From positions 1,280,001-1,344,000 of the forward strand of contig CAVVLO010000002.1 of assembly GCA_963749155.1 (NCBI GenBank): a DNA stretch of 64,000 nt, in the 5' to 3' direction. The notes under the pieces are model-generated. The model saw only the letters and a program-made list of their open reading frames with translations, had not been told where the DNA came from and searched no databases. Positions within the stretch are counted from its first letter, which is position 1; each line of letters starts with the position of its first letter. A program made the translations under genes and the position numbers. Source of the stretch: an uncultured Armatimonadia bacterium (GTDB lineage: Bacteria > Armatimonadota > Zipacnadia > CAVVLO01). Shown here piece after piece: positions 19,691-27,800 of the stretch.

Positions 19691-20663
19691 GGTCACCCTA
19701 CGCCTTGCCCTTATCTCCAGTTGCTCAGCAGTATGGCACTGATCTTGCTCCTCCTGGCAGGGACCTGCCTCGTCGCGCACGGCGACAGGACTGGCCTTGC
19801 CAGGAAACTGCTTGCCACGAAGGACGCTCTGCGGTGGGATGGGCCACAACAGGGCCTCTTCGGAGACATCTACAAGGTTGAGGAACCCGGTAGTGGGCGC
19901 AAGGCCCTGATCGAGCTTGAACCCGGTAGTGGCGAGCTGCGGGAGTTTACGTTACTAGGCAACCCGCCTACTCTGAAGGGACCCGCCCTAAGTGAGGAGG
20001 CGCTAGTTCCGGGAGGCAAGAACCCGCGCGGAGGAACTCCTGCCTGAGTCATACGGGATCGCTGGGCTGGTTGCCTCGACAAGTCAGCCGAAGCATCTGG
20101 GGCCGGTCACCTCTGTAACCCTGAGAGGGATGCAGGGAGACATACCTGTGCCCCCTCGGGTAGCCATACTGCTCTCCAATGATGGCAAGATTCTGACGAA
20201 GGTGCTGATCTCGGAATCTCCGATCTCTAGCCTGCGTGTAGGGGACGTGAAGTTCTCGGCTGAGAAGGCCGCCGAGTTAGCAATCGGTGAGGCGGTGCGC
20301 AGGGTGGCCGCTCTGACAACCTTCAGTGAGAATCGAGTGCAAGAACTTGCTGGGTACGCGCCCGAGGGACTTCCGAGCCTGTACTACTCTAACGATACGC
20401 TAGGCAAAGTCAACGGGCTGCCTACTCCGGGCGCTTTCTACAACGTGAAGGTGATCCGCACTAGACCTGCTTCTACCAGTGAGAGTGACAGGTTGCTTGA
20501 CCATCTTTATGTGACAGTCGATGCGAACACGGGCCAGTTCGGTGCTCCACCTGGGATCGCCGGATCCTCGACTCCGGCAGAGAGTAGCCGTTCAGGTGGC
20601 TCGCAACCCCTTGTCGCTTACATCCTCGCCGCCCATGGTCAGTGGTCACATCGCCGTCCATAA
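19685..20663 (+). CDS. exported PepSY/FTP-like protein, cassette 1 (frameshift near 20009; anchor truncated)
   Basis: GTG start. ORFs 19646-20047 and 20130-20663 join if one C is removed. Shares GDIPVPPR, PTP..Y.V...RT.PA and VDANTG with cassette 2. Ends at AYILAA fused to the next leader. Confidence 0.65.
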
Positions 20664-20687
20664 TTTGGAGGTGCCGTGCCGTGAAAC
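20641..20687 (+). repeat. conserved leader repeat, copy 2 (partial)
   Basis: 47 nt identical to 21808-21854. Confidence 0.95.
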
Positions 20688-21616
20688 TCTGTGTACTGTT
20701 TGCCCTCCTTGTAATGGGAACCGTTTTGCTCCCGACTGTTACGTTGGCCGAAGACCCTCGTGATGCCGCAGCTTCGGTATTGCTCGGTGGTGATCTTGCA
20801 GGCCTGGAGTGGGATTCGGATAGACTGGTGACCGAACATGGGACTGCAGTAGCTCGGTTGGAACTCGGGCACGGATATATTGTAAAGTCCTTCTCTCTCC
20901 TGCGAGATCTGCCGCCGTGTGGAAAAGTCCTCGACGACAAGGCTTTCGAGGCGAAAGGCAGGGCTCTGCTGAAGCAACTCGTCCCTGCGAGCTGGGATGT
21001 CGACGGCCTAGACTGTCAGCTAGGCGATCGACCCATCAGGGGAACAAGACTCCTCTATTTCCGCGGGGCAAGAGACGACGTGGTACTGCCCCCTCGCATC
21101 CTGATGCACCTGACGCCGGACGGGCGAGTCGTGCGCCACCTTGGGATACCCGAGCAACCGCTACCTGACTCGGCTCTTCTCCCCCCCCAAATCGACATCG
21201 AGCAGGCAAAGAAGCTAGCGCTAGCCACCGCAGTGCAGAAGCTCAGCAAGCAGACTGGCAAGTCGAAGTGGCAGGTGATGTGGCGAGCACGTTACGCCCC
21301 GAGTGCAGAAGCGCCGAAACTCCGATACTCGAACCAGCCAGAGGGCTACAACCTGAAATTCCCAACCCCTTGCCCCATCTGGTACGTGCGCATCGAGCGT
21401 ACCAAACCCGCCGCTAATGGTAGAGATGGCTTGCCAGATTATCAGGGTGTTATGGTAGACGGCAATACCGGGGCCACAATGACACCACCCGACGTTGTAG
21501 GAGGCTCACTAACGACCGGCAAGATGGCCGCGGGTGCGCCTTCTGCCGCCTATGCCCTCGCCGCCCTGGCAGCCCTGCTGCTCATCTTCCTCGTCGTGAA
21601 GCTGAGGAAGAGGTAG
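20681..21616 (+). CDS. exported PepSY/FTP-like protein with C-terminal TM anchor, cassette 2
   Basis: Signal peptide; P.ID.EQAKKLA and WYV...VMVDGNTG PepSY-like pattern; C-terminus AYALAALAALLLIFLVVKLRKR. Confidence 0.75.
   Translation: MKLCVLFALLVMGTVLLPTVTLAEDPRDAAASVLLGGDLAGLEWDSDRLVTEHGTAVARLELGHGYIVKSFSLLRDLPPCGKVLDDKAFEAKGRALLKQLVPASWDVDGLDCQLGDRPIRGTRLLYFRGARDDVVLPPRILMHLTPDGRVVRHLGIPEQPLPDSALLPPQIDIEQAKKLALATAVQKLSKQTGKSKWQVMWRARYAPSAEAPKLRYSNQPEGYNLKFPTPCPIWYVRIERTKPAANGRDGLPDYQGVMVDGNTGATMTPPDVVGGSLTTGKMAAGAPSAAYALAALAALLLIFLVVKLRKR
21546..21615 (+). repeat. anchor-coding 3' repeat (cassette 2)
   Basis: 70 nt with 2 mismatches to 22761-22830. Confidence 0.95.
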
Positions 21617-21619
21617 CCC

Positions 21620-21649
21620 CGTTGTTTCGGGACACTCCTGTCCCGAAAC
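21620..21649. repeat. REP-like palindrome
   Basis: GTTTCGGGACA-CTCC-TGTCCCGAAAC hairpin; an inverted copy (24/27) lies at 22856-22882. Confidence 0.6.
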
Positions 21650-21716
21650 CGAAGCTTCAGGCTTCGAGGGTTGGTCTCGGGCAGGGACGCCGGATGAAAA
21701 TAACCTCCCAAAACGC

Positions 21717-21751
21717 TTGCCAAATTCGGGGGGGGGGGGGGGGGGTAACAT
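21717..21751 (+). promoter_or_regulatory. promoter of cassette 3 with a G18 homopolymer spacer
   Basis: TTGCCA-AATTC-G18-TAACAT, at the same position relative to the leader as the cassette 1 promoter. Confidence 0.55.
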
Positions 21752-21766
21752 ATATATGGAGCGAAA

Positions 21767-21854
21767 GCTAAAACACAACGCGCCCAATCCGCTCCGATAT
21801 TCACAGTAGTGGTCACATCGCCGTCCATAATTTGGAGGTGCCGTGCCGTGAAAC
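21767..21854 (+). repeat. conserved leader repeat, copy 3
   Basis: Matches 19603-19690 and 20641-20687. Confidence 0.92.
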
Positions 21855-22831
21855 CCAGCTACCTCCCTACCGTCCTTCTGCTGTTAGCCTTAGTCACTAG
21901 CCTGCCCTGTGTTGGGGGGTGGAGCGCGCCGCCCGACAGTCTGCTTACAGAGCTGCTGGGCGTATCAAAGGTAACGGTAACAGAGGATGGAAGTAGCGAG
22001 CATTTAACGAGCTACACGGTCGCTGCCCAGCAGGGGAATGCCAAGGGCGAGTTCCGCGAGCGCCCCAACGGGTGGAGCTTTGAGCTTACCGAACTAGGTC
22101 CGGCGCGAGCCACTGTAGCTAATGACACCGAGGCGGTCTCACGCACAAAGCAACTAGCACAAGCCTTGATAGCTGACTGCTGCCCCGAGGAGGAGCTGGA
22201 TGTCGTTTGCTTTTCGGTGCCTGGCGGGAGAGAGCTGCAGGTGAGGCAGAAGGTTGGCCAAACAGTTAGCCTGGATATGCTGAATGCAATCCTGGACAGT
22301 GACGGCAGGTGGCTGTCCGTGAACCGCAGAGGTAAAGTAAATCCCTTCGATGCCAAGCAACGGGAGCTGGCGCTGCAGGTGCCGAAGGTAGACTTCGACC
22401 AGGCTGTCGCGATCGCCAGCACCCATGCCACGACGCTGGCGGCAGAGCGAGCTGGAATGTCGCCAGAGGTGCTCGCAAAGCAGATCTCTTGGAAGCTCGA
22501 CGATGACGACCCTGAGATCCAGACGGAGCTTCGAGTTCTGCCGGCAGGGATGCAGGGACGCGGGCCGTGGTATGGCTGGTCGGTGATACTGCAACGCACT
22601 GGCACTGCACCACAGCAAAATGCTGATACTCCCATGCCGTCTGCTATGCAGGTTGATGTCGATGCGATGACAGGCGAAGTAGCCGAGGTGTACCTGCCTG
22701 CCGGTAGTTCCGGCAGCAATCCGGCGAGTAGCCCCGACACAGAGGCTGACGAGTCCCTTTCCGCCTACGCCCTCGCCGCCCTGGCAGCCCTGCTGCTCGT
22801 CTTCCTCGTCGTGAAGCTGAGGAAGAGGTAA
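21848..22831 (+). CDS. exported PepSY-like protein with C-terminal TM anchor, cassette 3
   Basis: Signal peptide; PKVDFDQAVAIA and W.V...VDVDAMTGEV; C-terminus AYALAALAALLLVFLVVKLRKR. Confidence 0.75.
   Translation: MKPSYLPTVLLLLALVTSLPCVGGWSAPPDSLLTELLGVSKVTVTEDGSSEHLTSYTVAAQQGNAKGEFRERPNGWSFELTELGPARATVANDTEAVSRTKQLAQALIADCCPEEELDVVCFSVPGGRELQVRQKVGQTVSLDMLNAILDSDGRWLSVNRRGKVNPFDAKQRELALQVPKVDFDQAVAIASTHATTLAAERAGMSPEVLAKQISWKLDDDDPEIQTELRVLPAGMQGRGPWYGWSVILQRTGTAPQQNADTPMPSAMQVDVDAMTGEVAEVYLPAGSSGSNPASSPDTEADESLSAYALAALAALLLVFLVVKLRKR
22761..22830 (+). repeat. anchor-coding 3' repeat (cassette 3)
   Basis: 68/70 identity to 21546-21615. Confidence 0.95.
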
Positions 22832-22855
22832 GGAGACAGGGCCTCGGCCCTGGCA

Positions 22856-22882
22856 TCGGGACAGGAGTGGCCTGATACAACG
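22856..22882. repeat. REP-like element, inverted copy
   Basis: TCGGGACAGGAGTGGCCTGATACAACG versus the reverse complement of 21620-21646. Confidence 0.55.
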
Positions 22883-22900
22883 AAACCGAGCCACGACCCC

Positions 22901-23575
22901 CTATCGCCTTGGCGTCGTCCGCCGTTCCAGTTCCAGTCGGATGATGGAGTCGGCGGGAAGAATCTCCGAACCTGGCCCGGTCAGATAGACAAGAGTCCGA
23001 GGGCCGACGATGGTGCCTGGGTTCAGCACCACATTGCAGCCGAGTTGCGCCTCGTCACCGATGAGCGCGCCGAATTTGCGCAATCCCGTGTCGATGAGGC
23101 CCTCTTCGGTCCGCACCTTCACGCCTGTCTTCGTGACTTTGAAATTGGAGAGCTTGCTGCCAGCGCCGAGGTTGCTCTCGCGCCCGAGCACACTGTCGCC
23201 CACGTAGTTGAAATGCGGCGCGCCCGCCTTCGGCAGCAGCAGTGAGTTCTTGACCTCGGTCGCGTGGCCGACGATCGCCCCCTCGCCCACGTAGACATCG
23301 CCGCGGATATAGGCCCCGTGCCGCACCTGGGCGCCTTCCTTGATGATTGTCGGCCCCTGGATAAAGGCCATCGGCTCCACAACGGCGCCGCGCTCGATAA
23401 CCACCTCGCCCTCGATAACGGCGCTCGGATGCACTTCGCCCCGCACATCGCGCTTCACGCGGTCAGCAAGCAGCGCTCCCAGGTGAGCCAGCACCTCCCA
23501 GGGGTACTCGAAACTCGCTATCCACTCACCCAGCTCGAAGCCTTCGAGCCGCCAAAGGTCAGTTGCTTTCAGCAT
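22901..23575 (-). CDS. stand-alone hexapeptide-repeat acetyltransferase (GlmU C-terminal-like)
   Basis: Left-handed beta-helix repeats; EVKNS, APHFNYVGDS.LG...NLGAG, TGLRKFGA.IGD; no nucleotidyltransferase domain. Confidence 0.8.
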   Translation of the reverse strand: MLKATDLWRLEGFELGEWIASFEYPWEVLAHLGALLADRVKRDVRGEVHPSAVIEGEVVIERGAVVEPMAFIQGPTIIKEGAQVRHGAYIRGDVYVGEGAIVGHATEVKNSLLLPKAGAPHFNYVGDSVLGRESNLGAGSKLSNFKVTKTGVKVRTEEGLIDTGLRKFGALIGDEAQLGCNVVLNPGTIVGPRTLVYLTGPGSEILPADSIIRLELERRTTPRR

Positions 23576-23630
23576 AAGTCGTCCCTCCCGCAGTTATAAT
23601 AACAGGCAGCGCGCCCAAGTGGAGGCCGAT

Positions 23631-26180
23631 ATGAGAAACCGGACCAACTCTTGTTTGCTTGTTCTTCTCTTCGTCAGTTTGTGGGTCTCAGGCCTGGGAT
23701 TCGGGCAGCCGAAACCCTCCGGTCTGGCGGACCTGGACACCATCCGGGCCGAAGTGGCTGCCTCGCCCACCACCGAGGCCAACGCGAAACAGCGGTTGGC
23801 TCTGCTGTATTCCTGGTATCGCCTGTTGCAGAACCAGGGCTACGATATCGCGAGCTTCGAGCCGCTCTCCCAACAGTTGCGAGGCGGTCCAGTGCCCGCG
23901 GTCGTGGACGAAGGCTATCGCGCGCTGGAGGCAGTGCAGGCCGGCGATCCACTTGTGGCGGTACAAGGTTTTACTTCCACCCCTGCTGAAGCTCTCCTCG
24001 ATTGGCCGAGTTACCATGGCGATCTCGGCCAGACAGGCTCCACGAAGGAAGCAGGTCCGACCGAAGGCGCGCTGGCCTGGCGTTTCTCCCTCGGGTGGGC
24101 CTGGTACGGCCGTCCAACGATCGAAGCAGGGAAGGTCTACATCGCTTCGCCAGGCCGCACCACCGCGCTCTACTGCCTGGATGAAGCCACGGGCGAGTTG
24201 AGATGGAAGGCCCGCCAGTGGGGTATCAGCGGTTGGGATCCCCCGCCAGCCGACTCTCCAGTGACAATACTGGCGGATGAAGTAATGGTGCGCGCGACCG
24301 CCTCGCAGGGCGAAGTCGCTCAACTCGTCTTCGTAGATAAAGCCACCGGCGCGGTTAAACGCCGCGTCTCACCCGGCCCGACAGAACCGCGCTGGGAGCC
24401 GGCTGCTGAACCGACCGGCGACGACTTCCTCACGTATCTGACCGACGACTCGACCACGGTCACGGTGAAGCTCGCCAAGAGCGGCCGCACCTGGTGGCGG
24501 TTCCGCGTCGGGCGAGCAATCGGCGAACCTCTCCTTGTGGGCGACCGCGTCTATGTCGGCACCACCGAGGGCAAGCTTTGGGCGTTGAACTTGACCACCC
24601 CGAGCCGTGTCGCCTGGGTCTACGAAGCCGGCGCGCCCCTGGCGGGAACCCCGGCGCTCAGCGGTGACCGCATGCTGATCGGCGCCAACGACGGTTCTGT
24701 CCACTGTGTGGAAGCCTCGACCGGCCAGCGCCTCTGGCGCTCTGAGGTGGCCAAGCCCGAGCACCGCGCTCAGCAGCTCTTCTCCAGCCCCACAATCACC
24801 GGCGATCGGGTGTACCTGGCTGCGGCGGACAGCCAGCTTTATTGTCTCGATCTCGCAACTGGCATCGTGCGGTGGCGCTTCCCCCTGGGTGATTGGGGTC
24901 GCGCGCGCCCTCTGGTGCTGGGTGATATCGTCTACACAGCAGCACTTGATGGCACAGTGACCGCGATCCGAGACGCTGGAGACTACCCCGAACTGCTGTG
25001 GACTCGCACCTTGGACAGGACAAAGCTCCTGGCTGATCTGACTGGAAGTGAGCGCGGCTTACTGATCGCAACCTCTGATCTTTATCTCTACTCGCTGTCG
25101 CCTGCGACAGGGGAAATCCAGTGGCGTCGCAGTCTGCTGGAATCCATCGAAGTGGACGGGGACCGTGTGCTGGCCGATGCTGCGCCGGAGATCTTCCAGT
25201 CCTCGCCCACTGTCGTTGACGGACTCGTCTGCATCGGTGGCCCAAGCGGCTTCGTCCACTGCGTGAGAGCTGCAACCGGAGAGGAAGTCTGGCGTTTTGA
25301 GACCGGCGGCAAGGTCTCAGCGACCCCAACAGTTGGCGCCGGACGTGTCTATGTGGGCCAATTCGGCGGAGATGAAGACTTCTACTGCCTCGACGCCGCG
25401 ACCGGAGAACCCCTCTGGACGCGACCGGTGGGCTGGGTCTGGACAGCCGCGGGCTTCGATGAGGGGCGACTCTACGTGGGCACGACCGAGGGCGACTTCC
25501 TCTGTCTCGAAGCCGCAACGGGACGTGAGTTATGGCGCTATACGACCGGCGGGGGCATCTACCCTTCGCCTGCCTTCGATGAGGAGCGCGTCTATACGGG
25601 CTCCTGGGATGGTCTTTATTATGCTTTTAACAAGCGCACAGGAAAGCTAGAGTGGACTTACTCCCGTCCGGGCTTGCCCTACCACATTGGGGGAAGGCCA
25701 GACTCCGCCTGTCCCGTTATCGCGGGCGACTTGCTGCTGGTGCAAACCCAAGGGGCGTTGCTGGTGGCTCTCGAGGCGGCAACAGGGCGAGAGCGCTGGC
25801 AGTGGGCGGTGCCTGAGTGGAGGCTCCAAAACGGCACTCCGGCGTATTCCGGGGGGGTTGTTTATGCCTCCTGCTTCACAGATGCCTATACGTGCCCTGG
25901 TGGCGCGCAGCTCTTCGCGCTGGAGGCCTCCACCGGAAAGCAGCTCTGGGCGTATCCTGACGGGGGAGGTATCACCGCTCCTTCGGTTGCGGGAGAGCGC
26001 CTCTACTTTGCCTCGACAGGAAGCGCCTGGTTTACCTGTCTCAATACAAAAGAGCCTGCCCAGCCAAGTCTGGTTTGGCGTTACAAGCTAGGCGGGCCAG
26101 TAATGGAATCCACGCCAGCGCTATATGGGAGACTGGTTTTCATCGCAGATTCGGCCGGTTGGCTGTGGGCTTTGCGCTGA
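23631..26180 (+). CDS. secreted PQQ-like beta-propeller repeat protein (BamB-like repeats)
   Basis: Signal peptide and many SP....G.VY......LY.LD..TG...W repeats, enough for about two propellers. Confidence 0.85.
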   Translation: MRNRTNSCLLVLLFVSLWVSGLGFGQPKPSGLADLDTIRAEVAASPTTEANAKQRLALLYSWYRLLQNQGYDIASFEPLSQQLRGGPVPAVVDEGYRALEAVQAGDPLVAVQGFTSTPAEALLDWPSYHGDLGQTGSTKEAGPTEGALAWRFSLGWAWYGRPTIEAGKVYIASPGRTTALYCLDEATGELRWKARQWGISGWDPPPADSPVTILADEVMVRATASQGEVAQLVFVDKATGAVKRRVSPGPTEPRWEPAAEPTGDDFLTYLTDDSTTVTVKLAKSGRTWWRFRVGRAIGEPLLVGDRVYVGTTEGKLWALNLTTPSRVAWVYEAGAPLAGTPALSGDRMLIGANDGSVHCVEASTGQRLWRSEVAKPEHRAQQLFSSPTITGDRVYLAAADSQLYCLDLATGIVRWRFPLGDWGRARPLVLGDIVYTAALDGTVTAIRDAGDYPELLWTRTLDRTKLLADLTGSERGLLIATSDLYLYSLSPATGEIQWRRSLLESIEVDGDRVLADAAPEIFQSSPTVVDGLVCIGGPSGFVHCVRAATGEEVWRFETGGKVSATPTVGAGRVYVGQFGGDEDFYCLDAATGEPLWTRPVGWVWTAAGFDEGRLYVGTTEGDFLCLEAATGRELWRYTTGGGIYPSPAFDEERVYTGSWDGLYYAFNKRTGKLEWTYSRPGLPYHIGGRPDSACPVIAGDLLLVQTQGALLVALEAATGRERWQWAVPEWRLQNGTPAYSGGVVYASCFTDAYTCPGGAQLFALEASTGKQLWAYPDGGGITAPSVAGERLYFASTGSAWFTCLNTKEPAQPSLVWRYKLGGPVMESTPALYGRLVFIADSAGWLWALR

Positions 26181-26194
26181 AACAAGGCCCCACC

Positions 26195-26290
26195 AAAAGA
26201 GTGCGGGACCCAGGGCTGCCACCCGGGTCCCGCGATTACGGTACTCAGCACACAAACTTGGAGGGTGAGTGTTGCTGTTCCGTTTAATGA
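26195..26290 (-). ncRNA. candidate small RNA A
   Basis: Minus strand: TTGCCA-N17-TAATAA promoter (26326-26298), a hairpin with a CACCCTCC loop, and a GCGGGACCC/GGGTCCCGC terminator followed by ACTCTTTT. Confidence 0.4.
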
Positions 26291-26674
26291 CATCTAATTA
26301 TTAGCACCGATTTTATTTTCTGGCAAGTACCTATCGAGAATATAAACTACATATTTCGAATATTTCTGGAAGGTGAAGAAGGAATCTCTGGCGCTCGATT
26401 GAATATTCTGTTAACATCAGCTCACTAGTCCCGCTCAGCCGTATAGATGCGATTTGGTTTCATGCCCAGGGAGGACGCCCCACTTGAAGCGACACCCCGA
26501 GTTGGCTCACGTTACAGTTGGTTATCAAGAGTCAAATACGACTTCACTTACCAAGGCCCGCCGCATCGCAATGAACCTTTGGGCTCCTACCTGCAAAAAG
26601 CGAGAGGAAGAGGCTTCTCAGAGGCGCGAAGAGGCGACCACCAAGCCACTTCAGAGCTGACCTGCTGGAGCGCC

Positions 26675-26703
26675 TTGACACCCTCGTTGGGCCGGTTTAT
26701 ATT
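26675..26703 (+). promoter_or_regulatory. sigma70 promoter of the CDF transporter
   Basis: TTGACA-N17-TATATT. Confidence 0.75.
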
Positions 26704-26707
26704 GAGG

Positions 26708-26790
26708 TATAGAACAGGCGGCCTGATTCGACAGGCGCGGCTGGGCTCGTAAAATCGAGCAACGGGTTTATGATCCCGTGGGACTCTCAA
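26708..26790 (+). ncRNA. NiCo (czcD) metal-sensing riboswitch
   Basis: Ordered blocks GAACAGGC / GCGGCTGGGC / GCAACGG / CCGTGGGAC with intervening stems (GCCTG/CAGGC, GCTCG/CGAGC, CGGG/CCCG); lies upstream of a CDF exporter and overlaps a terminator. Confidence 0.8.
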
Positions 26791-26806
26791 GTCTCACGGG
26801 TTTTTT
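26775..26806 (+). terminator. riboswitch expression-platform terminator
   Basis: CCCGTGGGAC-TCTCAA-GTCTCACGGG-TTTTTT overlapping the 3' side of the aptamer. Confidence 0.85.
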
Positions 26807-26820
26807 ATTGCGAGGTTTTT

Positions 26821-27768
26821 ATGGGCGAAGAGACCCTCAAGCGCAAGACAGGTGTAGCAAGACTGTCAGTGGTATCCAATACACTTTTGGTCTGCTTCAA
26901 ACTGGTTGTGGGATTGCTGACAGGCTCGGTGTCCATTCTTTCCGAAGCCTTGCATTCCGCTGTAGACCTGATTGCCGCGGCGATTGCGCTCTTCGCGGTG
27001 AAGAAAGCTGGCGAGCCCGAGGATGAGCATCACAGGTTCGGCCACGGCAAGTTCGAGAATATTTCCGGCTTTATCGAAGCCTTGCTCATCTTCGTTGCTG
27101 CGCTCTGGATAATCTATGAAGCTATCAGTAAATTGTTACACCCAGAGGCCCTGCAGGCTATTGGCTGGGGCGTAACGGTGATGGTTATCAGCGCCCTTGC
27201 CAACACGCTCGTTTCCAGTATGTTGTTCAAGGTAGCCAAAGAAACCGATTCCATCGCCCTGCAGGCAGATGGCTGGCATCTGCGCACTGATGTTTGGACC
27301 TCTGCGGGCGTCGCCGTGGGTCTTGGTGTAATGATGATTGGTGAGAAGTTTGCACCACCAACTACCAATCTGCACTGGATTGACCCGGTTGCAGCGCTTG
27401 TTGTGGCAATACTCATCCTCAAAGCAGCCTGGGAGCTAACCCATCAGTCACTAAAAGACCTCCTGGACACAAGCCTTGATGAAGAGGAGGTCGGCTGGCT
27501 AGAGGAGTATCTTCGCCAGTTGCCTGATGGCGCTTGTGGCTATCACCACCTGCGGACGCGCAAGGCAGGGCCAGTCCGGTTTATCGAACTCCATCTGCTG
27601 GTCGAGCCCGAGATGACCGTCGAAACAAGTCACGAGCTGGCCGACGAATTGGTTGCCGCTATCAAGCAACAATTCGAGGGAGCCAGAGTGTTGATCCACG
27701 TCGAACCTTGCGAAGCAGCGAAGAAAGCTTCCAGGGCAGGTAATAAGGCTGCCGATGGAGAAGACTAA
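26821..27768 (+). CDS. cation diffusion facilitator transporter (FieF/CzcD family)
   Basis: SEALHSAVD, HRFGHGKFE, ADGWHLRTD, C-terminal dimerisation domain ending IHVEP. Confidence 0.93.
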   Translation: MGEETLKRKTGVARLSVVSNTLLVCFKLVVGLLTGSVSILSEALHSAVDLIAAAIALFAVKKAGEPEDEHHRFGHGKFENISGFIEALLIFVAALWIIYEAISKLLHPEALQAIGWGVTVMVISALANTLVSSMLFKVAKETDSIALQADGWHLRTDVWTSAGVAVGLGVMMIGEKFAPPTTNLHWIDPVAALVVAILILKAAWELTHQSLKDLLDTSLDEEEVGWLEEYLRQLPDGACGYHHLRTRKAGPVRFIELHLLVEPEMTVETSHELADELVAAIKQQFEGARVLIHVEPCEAAKKASRAGNKAADGED

Positions 27769-27800
27769 CTCGTAGCTAGCCACCTGGCTGGGAGCGCGCG

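Noticed and set aside
21509..21828. Poly-proline ORFs on the - strand
   Set aside because: They are by-products of the G18 tract and overlap the cassette gene and leader on the opposite strand.
19603..22882. Integron cassette array or CRISPR-like repeats
   Set aside because: No attC-like sites recognised, no integrase or cas genes, and the repeats are leader and coding sequence about 1 kb apart.
26447..26752. 101-aa ORF upstream of the CDF gene
   Set aside because: No RBS or motif, and it runs over the promoter and riboswitch; 26330-26670 remains unexplained.
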